Assembly (NCBI GenBank): GCA_944359885.1
Contig: CALVTC010000001.1
Location: 1 to 57,320 of the forward strand
Direction of reading: 5' to 3'
DNA from: an uncultured Bacilli bacterium
Lineage (GTDB): Bacteria; Bacillota_I; Bacilli_A; RF39; UBA660
DNA length: 57,320 nt
Shown here one piece after another: positions 8,817 to 15,255 of the stretch. The stretch's first letter is position 1. Every line of letters starts with the position of its first letter. Under the pieces are notes generated by a model. The model made no database searches. It had not been told where the DNA came from and saw nothing but the letters and a program-made list of their open reading frames with translations. Made by a program: the position numbers and the translations under genes.

Positions 8817-9083
8817 TTCTAAATTTGTACCATATTTATACTATTTGTTATCTTAAATATACAATATTTAATAGTTTTTTACAATTATAAAAGAATCTTT
8901 TTTAAAAAATTGTGTTAAAAAAGCAAGAAAACGGTTGTATATTTAGTCGAATTTTTGGTCAAAAAAATATTTTTTTTGATTGAAATAGTACAAAATATTT
9001 TATTTTTCGATAAAACAGAAATATAATTTAATTAGTCAAATTTTTAGTCATATGCAAGAAAAATCTTATAAAATAATGTTTTC

Positions 9084-9107
9084 TCATAAAGTATCATCCT
9101 CTATGAT
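9084..9107. repeat. right inverted repeat (IRR) of the candidate invertible switch
   Basis: TCATAAAGTATCATCCTCTATGAT is the exact reverse complement of 8793-8816. Confidence 0.9.
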
Positions 9108-9135
9108 GATGGTATGTGGAGAAATGAGGGATTTT

Positions 9136-11742
9136 ATGAGTGATAAAATTAAATTATATAAAAAAGAAGTGGTTGTTTTTGGAATTTTATTGATTGTTAT
9201 AGTGGTGGGTTTTATTACTCCATCTTTTGCGGTATCAACACCGGTATCTTCTGTTATTATTACTTCAGAAAATACTAGTTACGAAAATAATGATTCAGGT
9301 TCCTGGCAAGTAGAGAAAAGTGGAAAATGGGTAGAAAAAGGAACTGCTGAAGTTAGGTTTGATGTATCTACTGTTCCGATGACTGGAAATTCTTATACAG
9401 ATATTATCTTTGTATTAGATATTTCCAGTTCTATGGTGGGAGACAAACTAGAAAGAGTAAAACAAGATACAATAGAGTTATTAGAAAGTTTGTTATCTAA
9501 TGGAGAAAATAGAGCAGCTTTGATTACCTTTGATACAGAGTCACAAATTGTATCAGGCTTAACGAATGATAAGGATTTATTAACACAAGAAGTGAATAAT
9601 ATACTGGCAACTGGAACTACCAATTATTACCAAGCATTAGTTAATGTAGATACGATTTTAAAAGATTATGAAAAAGAAGAAAATAGAGAGATGATTGTTC
9701 TATTCTTAACAGATGGATATCCTAATGAAGATACACCGAATCAAATTGCACAATATCGGTATTTAAAAAGTGAGTATCCTTATATTACCATTAATGGGAT
9801 TCAGTATGAAATGGGAGGAAGTATCTTAGATCCGGTTAAAGAAGTCAGTGACAATCAATTTATAGCTGATATGGAAACACTAAACAATGTTTTGTTTGAT
9901 GCGAGTGTAGTATCAGCTCCTTATGATAGCTTTCAGATTGTAGATTATATTGAGAATGATTATTTTATTTTGGAAAGTGAAGATAATATCACTGTAAGTG
10001 AAGGAGAAGTGACGTTAGAGGAAGAAAACGGATTACAGAAGATAACTTGGACGATATCCAATTTTAGATCAGGAAGTAATGCAAATCTTTCTATGAATTT
10101 GAAGTTAAAAGATGAACTGATCGGTCAAGGAGGAGTATATCCAACAAATAGAAGAGAACAAATAATATCAATGATACAAAGTCAAAATGAAAATGAAAAT
10201 GTGAATAGCACCTTAACTCCAGCGTTACAGGAAAACTATCAAGTAATCTATGATGGAAATGCACCAGATGGATGTAGTGTAGAAAATATTCCAGAAAAAG
10301 AGAATCATTCTGTATTTGACGTGGTGTCTATTTCAGAAGAACAACTGAGTTGTAGTGGATATGAGTTTAAGGGATGGGAGATAGTAACGGATAACATTAC
10401 CAAGGTGAATGATGATTATTTTATTATGCCAGAGAGTGATGTTATACTTAGAGCGAAATGGGGTAAAGTTTCAATATCAAAATCCATGAATGGAGAAGTT
10501 TATACTGCGCCAACACTATATAGTATAATGCAAAATGAAGCAGTAATGGATAATATATCTAGTACCTATGTATCATCAAGTAACGGAATTGATTTTAGTG
10601 AAGATTCTTCTGATACGAATGGAAAAGGAGTTTATACAAGAGCAGGAACGGAAGATGATGAGTATCCTGTACATTACTATCGAGGTGATGTTGATAATAA
10701 TCATGTAAAATTTGCTGGATTCTGTTGGAGAACAGTAAGAACCACATCAACAGGAGGAGTAAAATTAATCTATGACGGAGTACCTCGTAGCGATGGAAGT
10801 TGTAATAACATAGGTGAAGCATCTCAAATAGGGATAAGCGATTTTAATAGCAATATTGATTCTCCAGCAGATATAGGTTATATGTACGGAACAAGATATA
10901 TATATGGTGGAAGAAGTGGTAGTAGTACAAATGGATATATTTATGGGAATGATGTTACTTGGGATGGTTCGCAGTATACATTAATAGATACATATACAAG
11001 TAGAGGTTGGGAAACAGATAGAACAACCTTGGCAACTAAATATCATTATACTTGTTTATCTGCATCATCGACTTGTACAAGTGTATATTATATTCATTAT
11101 TTCGGACTTCCTAATTATATATATTATCTAGCGCTAAACAATGGTGTTAATATTGAAGATGCTAAGAATGAAATGTTTACCAATACCAATAATTCTACTG
11201 CTAAGAACGTAATTGATACTTGGTATGAAGAAAATATGACAGATTATATAAGATATTTAGAAGATACTGTGTGGTGTAATGATAGAAGTATTATATCAGG
11301 TGCTTTAAAAGGAAAAGACGCGGATGGAACAGAGTTGAATTATTTTGGAGCATATGGAAGAAATGTGGATAATATTAGTCCAAGTTTAGAATGCTCAAAC
11401 CGAAATGATTCTTTCACAGTAAATAGTGAGAATGGAAATGGTGCATTAACCTATCCAATAGCGATGCTAACAGCAGATGAATTAACATTAGCGGGGAATG
11501 GGTGGAATGGTTATAGTAGTGATTCTTATTTAACTATTGGAGAACATTACTGGTCTTTCTCTCCTTACACTTATGATTACTGCCGCGCTATCGGGTTCCG
11601 CGTCTTCGCGGGTGGTTACCTTTCCAACAACCGTGTGGATGTTGTGAATGGCCTTCGTCCTTCCGTTTCTCTTGCGCCTGGAATGATGGTGTCTGCAGGA
11701 GATGGAAGTAGCATATCACCATATGAAATTTTCACTTACTGA
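9136..11742 (+). CDS. secreted/surface vWA-domain protein with a Listeria-Bacteroides-repeat domain and a C-terminal lectin-like (DUF1566/DUF6273-type) domain
   Basis: The ORF is open from 9052. The best start is ATG 9136 (RBS GAGGGA), followed by the signal peptide KKEVVVFGILLIVIVVGFITPSFA. vWA MIDAS motif DIIFVLDISSSM. GYEFKGWE...LRAKW repeat. C-terminal YWSFSP...GLRPSVSL motif. Confidence 0.75.
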   Translation: MSDKIKLYKKEVVVFGILLIVIVVGFITPSFAVSTPVSSVIITSENTSYENNDSGSWQVEKSGKWVEKGTAEVRFDVSTVPMTGNSYTDIIFVLDISSSMVGDKLERVKQDTIELLESLLSNGENRAALITFDTESQIVSGLTNDKDLLTQEVNNILATGTTNYYQALVNVDTILKDYEKEENREMIVLFLTDGYPNEDTPNQIAQYRYLKSEYPYITINGIQYEMGGSILDPVKEVSDNQFIADMETLNNVLFDASVVSAPYDSFQIVDYIENDYFILESEDNITVSEGEVTLEEENGLQKITWTISNFRSGSNANLSMNLKLKDELIGQGGVYPTNRREQIISMIQSQNENENVNSTLTPALQENYQVIYDGNAPDGCSVENIPEKENHSVFDVVSISEEQLSCSGYEFKGWEIVTDNITKVNDDYFIMPESDVILRAKWGKVSISKSMNGEVYTAPTLYSIMQNEAVMDNISSTYVSSSNGIDFSEDSSDTNGKGVYTRAGTEDDEYPVHYYRGDVDNNHVKFAGFCWRTVRTTSTGGVKLIYDGVPRSDGSCNNIGEASQIGISDFNSNIDSPADIGYMYGTRYIYGGRSGSSTNGYIYGNDVTWDGSQYTLIDTYTSRGWETDRTTLATKYHYTCLSASSTCTSVYYIHYFGLPNYIYYLALNNGVNIEDAKNEMFTNTNNSTAKNVIDTWYEENMTDYIRYLEDTVWCNDRSIISGALKGKDADGTELNYFGAYGRNVDNISPSLECSNRNDSFTVNSENGNGALTYPIAMLTADELTLAGNGWNGYSSDSYLTIGEHYWSFSPYTYDYCRAIGFRVFAGGYLSNNRVDVVNGLRPSVSLAPGMMVSAGDGSSISPYEIFTY
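11548..11681 (+). other. candidate DGR variable region (VR): adenine-poor, NNC-codon-rich patch
   Basis: Hand counts over 11551-11681: about 14 A versus about 47 T in 131 nt. GC is 58% over 11581-11680. 15 of 29 codons from 11548 end in C. There is a 33-nt A-free run at 11649-11681. No TR or RT in the window. Confidence 0.45.
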
Positions 11743-12017
11743 CAGTTTTTCTTAAATCCTTATTTTAAAGGCATTTGTGAGGATGTTTTAGGTGTTCAAT
11801 GCATGATTTTTTCCTTATATGTCATATAAAATCATATGAAATGGCATTCTGATATATCCAAGAGAGTTTATTGTTAGCTTGAATAGCGATAATCCTACAT
11901 TAAATAAAGATATTACTCTTATTTTTTCTTTTGTCTTGTAATATTTTTGATAAAAAGCTGTACATAAGCAAACATATGAAATTTTGGTGGATTAATACAC
12001 AAAAAAAAACTAGATTA

Positions 12018-12602
12018 CTAGCTTTTTTCTATGTATGTTGGTTCTAATATTTTTATTTTTTCTTTTTGAAGAAGAGAAGATGTTTTCGGTATGATTGCTT
12101 CGTAGGTGATTTTGTCCAAGTATCTTTTCTTTAAAATGTTTTTTTCTTCGATTTCCTTTTTTATTTCATTTTCTTTTTCATAGGGAAATGTTATTTTGAT
12201 TTTAAAGGCAGGCAATAGTTCTATTTTGGTTGTTAAGTTTAAGGCTTCTTTTACTGACTTTGCATATGCTCTAATTAGTCCACTGGCTCCTAATTTGATT
12301 CCTCCAAAATATCGAATTGTGATTGCTAAAACATTAGTAATGTTTTCTTTTTCTAGTATATTTAACATAGGTGCACCAGCGGTTCCACTGGGCTCTTTAT
12401 CATCGGATGATTTTTTTATATCCTCTCCAATTTTATAAGCGTAACAATAATGATTTGCTTTTGGATATTCTTTTTTTACTTCTTGAAGAAGCTTATCTAT
12501 TTCAGATTTATCTGTTATTTTATATAAAATGGTTATAAACCTTGAATTCTTAATTATTAGTTCTCCTTTGGAATTTTCTTTTATTGTATTCATTTTCTTC
12601 AC
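12018..12602 (-). CDS. YigZ/IMPACT-family protein (UPF0029)
   Basis: 194 aa. KNSRFI..., HYCYAY, and EPSGTAGAPML motifs characteristic of the YigZ family. Confidence 0.75.
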   Translation of the reverse strand: MKKMNTIKENSKGELIIKNSRFITILYKITDKSEIDKLLQEVKKEYPKANHYCYAYKIGEDIKKSSDDKEPSGTAGAPMLNILEKENITNVLAITIRYFGGIKLGASGLIRAYAKSVKEALNLTTKIELLPAFKIKITFPYEKENEIKKEIEEKNILKKRYLDKITYEAIIPKTSSLLQKEKIKILEPTYIEKS

Positions 12603-12759
12603 CAGTTTTATTATAACAGACTTTTTAATATTTCGTGGAAAAAATATAATAGTAATGCTTGCCTTTGGTTTAGTTAGTTTTATTGTATGTATTAAGAAAG
12701 TTTCTAAATAATGGAAATTTTTTTGGTAAATATGGTATAATAAATATGATGTATGGTAG

Positions 12760-13929
12760 TTGTTAGGAGATGATATTTTGTTTCGAAGAAAAAAAGATAA
12801 TAAAGAAATTGATATTAATAGCTTAAATGATATTTTATCAACGGGAAAGAAAATTATTCGAATTAGTTATGTCATGGTTATTATTGCTTTAGTTTTACTT
12901 GGTACCTATCTTATTAAAGAATGGCATGCATTACGCTTTGTTGGAGAGTTTTTAGCAGTTATATCACCAATTTTTATTGGTCTTATTATTGCTTGGCTTT
13001 TAGATCCATTGGTTAAGTTTTTGCAAGGGAAAAAGATGCCACGTATTTTAGCTTGTATTTTGGTTTATTTGTTATTTATTGCACTATTATTTTTAATTGT
13101 TGCTTTATTAATACCTGCCATGGGTGCTCAGGTTAAAGATTTTATTGGAAATATTCCAGATCTTGTTTCTGGTTTGAAAGATTTCTTTAATGAACTTATT
13201 TTGGATTTAAATCGTACCTTTAATTACGATTTTAGCTCTATTAAAACACAGGTATATACAGCACTTGAAACATTTGGAGTAAATATGACTACTAGGGTTC
13301 CTGATATGGCAATTGGTATTGTTTCATCTATTGTTAGTGGTGGAGTATCATTTTTCTTGGGACTTATGATTGGTTTTTATATGCTTTTTGATTTTGATAA
13401 ATTAAATCGTACCTTTATTTCTGTGTTGCCTAGACGCTGGAGAAAAAGTGCAACTGAATTAATCGTTCGATTGAATGAGTCATTACGCAGTTATGTACAG
13501 GGTGTGTTGTTGGTTATGTCACTTGTTTTTATCACACAAGCAATTGGTCTTACTTTAAGTGGTATTCAAGCACCTTTAGTGTTTGCCTTATTTTGTGCAC
13601 TTACTGATATTATTCCATATTTTGGACCATATATTGGAGCTATTCCTATTTTAATAGTTGGCTTTACTATGGATCCTATCGTTGGTATTTGCTGTGTTAT
13701 ATCTATTGTCGTGGTACAACTTTTAGAAAATAATTTTTATCAACCTTTGATAATGGGACACACTATGAGGCTTCATCCTGTAACAATTATGTTAGGACTA
13801 TTGATTTTCCAACATTTCTTTGGTATTATAGGTATGATTGTTGCAACACCGGTTATTGCAGCAGCTAAAATTATTCTTACTTATATTAATGAAAAGTTTG
13901 ATATTGTAGGAATGGTGGTTGGAGAATAA
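12760..13929 (+). CDS. AI-2E family transporter (PerM/UPF0118)
   Basis: Polytopic membrane protein with the characteristic C-terminal ...IPYFGPYIGAIP...LLENNFYQPLIMG... motifs. The true start may be TTG 12778, after RBS aggaga. Confidence 0.75.
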   Translation: MLGDDILFRRKKDNKEIDINSLNDILSTGKKIIRISYVMVIIALVLLGTYLIKEWHALRFVGEFLAVISPIFIGLIIAWLLDPLVKFLQGKKMPRILACILVYLLFIALLFLIVALLIPAMGAQVKDFIGNIPDLVSGLKDFFNELILDLNRTFNYDFSSIKTQVYTALETFGVNMTTRVPDMAIGIVSSIVSGGVSFFLGLMIGFYMLFDFDKLNRTFISVLPRRWRKSATELIVRLNESLRSYVQGVLLVMSLVFITQAIGLTLSGIQAPLVFALFCALTDIIPYFGPYIGAIPILIVGFTMDPIVGICCVISIVVVQLLENNFYQPLIMGHTMRLHPVTIMLGLLIFQHFFGIIGMIVATPVIAAAKIILTYINEKFDIVGMVVGE

Positions 13930-13939
13930 TTTTATAATA

Positions 13940-14120
13940 AAACGTTGAGTAAAGATAAGTATTAAGGATGTTAAATATTTAGAGAAATCGTGGTTGGTGA
14001 AAACGGTTTATTTACTTCTTAAGAAGCTCCTTTATGAGTTTTATCGGTTATGCCGTTATTGTAATTAAGACCAAATTAGGATGGTACCGTGCTCTGCACT
14101 CCTAGTTAGGTCTTTTATTT
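13940..14120 (+). promoter_or_regulatory. T-box leader (probable Ala specifier GCU) with terminator/antiterminator
   Basis: AGAGA box at 13981. Conserved T-box sequence AAATTAGGATGGTACCGTG (14073-14091). Candidate specifier GCT at 14026-14028. Terminator arms at 14069-14081 / 14100-14112 followed by TTTT. alaS lies downstream in the same operon. Confidence 0.75.
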
Positions 14121-14136
14121 GTATTGAGGAGGAATT

Positions 14137-14691
14137 ATGAAAATATATTTATTAGCAGGTAAGGCGGGTAGCGGTAAAGATTTGATGGGTAGATATATGA
14201 AAAGAGAGTATGATTTCTCTGGGCATCATGCTTGTATTTTGCATATTACGACTCCTTTATATCAATATGCTAGAAATTATTTTAGTTGGAATGGAGATAT
14301 GGCAGAGAAACCTCGTGAATTTTTACAGGAAATGGGTATTGAAATAATTCAGAAAAAACTTGGTAAAAAGTATTTTCTAATAGATCGTCTATGCGAAGAT
14401 ATAGAGATTTTAAAGAATTTCTTTGATGTTTTTATTATTACTGATGGTAGATTAATATCAGAATTTGAAGAGTTAAGACGTAGATTTCCTGATATTAAAA
14501 TTATTCATATTATTCGAGAAAATTATGATAATAAACTTTCTTTAGAAGAGAAAAATCATATTACAGAATTGGAATTAGATGAGTATAAAAATTATGATTA
14601 TATCGTTAGAAATACTTCTAAAGAGAGATTGTTTTCTGAAGCTGATAAAATTATGGGAGTTGAAGCTGGTTTGGAAGGAGAGGTTATATGA
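14137..14691 (+). CDS. T4 gp1-type deoxynucleoside-monophosphate kinase-like P-loop protein
   Basis: Motif order matches my recall of phage T4 gp1: GKAGSGKD P-loop, REFLQEMGIEII, ITDGRLISEFEEL, NHITELEL. Confidence 0.55.
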   Translation: MKIYLLAGKAGSGKDLMGRYMKREYDFSGHHACILHITTPLYQYARNYFSWNGDMAEKPREFLQEMGIEIIQKKLGKKYFLIDRLCEDIEILKNFFDVFIITDGRLISEFEELRRRFPDIKIIHIIRENYDNKLSLEEKNHITELELDEYKNYDYIVRNTSKERLFSEADKIMGVEAGLEGEVI

Positions 14692-15254
14692 ATCAATTGA
14701 TTGCTATTGTAGGTATGAGTGGTAGTGGTAAAAGTGTTGCGACAGACTATTTGGAAAAAGAGGGTTGGACAAAGTTGTATTTTGGTGGAATTACTTATCG
14801 GTTGATGAAAGAAGCTGGTATTGTAAGGACACCGGATGGAAAAAATGAAAAAGAATTTCGTGAGAAATTAAGAAAAGAGCACGGCCCAGAGTGCTATGCT
14901 AAATTTTTAGAACCTGATATACGTGAGGCATTAAAACATGGAAATGTGGTTTTGGATGGACTTTATTCTTGGTATGAATATAAATATTTAATTGAACGTT
15001 TCCCTAATTTAATACTTGTTTGTATTGTTGTAGATAAGGCGTTGCGATATGAAAGAGTTGGTAGTCGAGCGGATAGACCTTTTACGAAAGATGATATTTT
15101 TTATCGTGATATTACAGAAATTGAGAATTTAGCGAAAGGTGGTCCTATTGCTTTTGCAGATTACTTTTTGTTTAATAATGGTAGTTTAGAAGATTATAAA
15201 AAAAGATTGGTAGAAATACTGGAAGATATAAAAAGACATGAAGGAGAGAAGTAG
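14688..15254 (+). CDS. CoaE/UPF0200-like P-loop nucleotide kinase
   Basis: GMSGSGKS Walker A, VLDGLYS, RYERVGSRADRP, and a FADYFLFNNGSLEDY tail. ATGA overlap with the upstream gene. Confidence 0.5.
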   Translation: MNQLIAIVGMSGSGKSVATDYLEKEGWTKLYFGGITYRLMKEAGIVRTPDGKNEKEFREKLRKEHGPECYAKFLEPDIREALKHGNVVLDGLYSWYEYKYLIERFPNLILVCIVVDKALRYERVGSRADRPFTKDDIFYRDITEIENLAKGGPIAFADYFLFNNGSLEDYKKRLVEILEDIKRHEGEK

Positions 15255-15255
15255 T

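Larger units (their letters stand above)
8793..9107. promoter_or_regulatory. candidate invertible promoter element (inverton) controlling the downstream vWA surface-protein gene
   Basis: Layout is terminator, 24-bp IR, 267-bp AT-rich non-coding segment with promoter-like hexamers, 24-bp IR, then 28 nt to RBS/ATG. No recombinase gene is adjacent. Confidence 0.6.

Noticed and set aside
9052-9135. N-terminal 28-codon extension of the vWA ORF (MQEKSYKIMFSHKVSSSMMMVCGEMRDF).
   Set aside because: There is no RBS before 9052. The extension would precede the signal peptide and runs through the right inverted repeat. The ATG at 9136 (or 9124) with a GGAG/GAGGGA RBS fits better. It is kept only as an alternative start.
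11720-11985. 13-nt direct repeat CATATGAAATTTT at 11720-11732 (end of the vWA gene) and at 11973-11985. This could hint at a duplicated 3' cassette.
   Set aside because: The similarity does not extend beyond 13 nt of AT-rich sequence, so it is compatible with chance.
11743-12017. I looked for a DGR template repeat, or any second copy of the GC-rich VR-like patch, downstream of the vWA gene and in every other intergenic region of the window.
   Set aside because: All intergenic regions are AT-rich and show no similarity to 11548-11690. No ORF in the track has reverse-transcriptase motifs. The DGR idea therefore rests on the VR signature alone.
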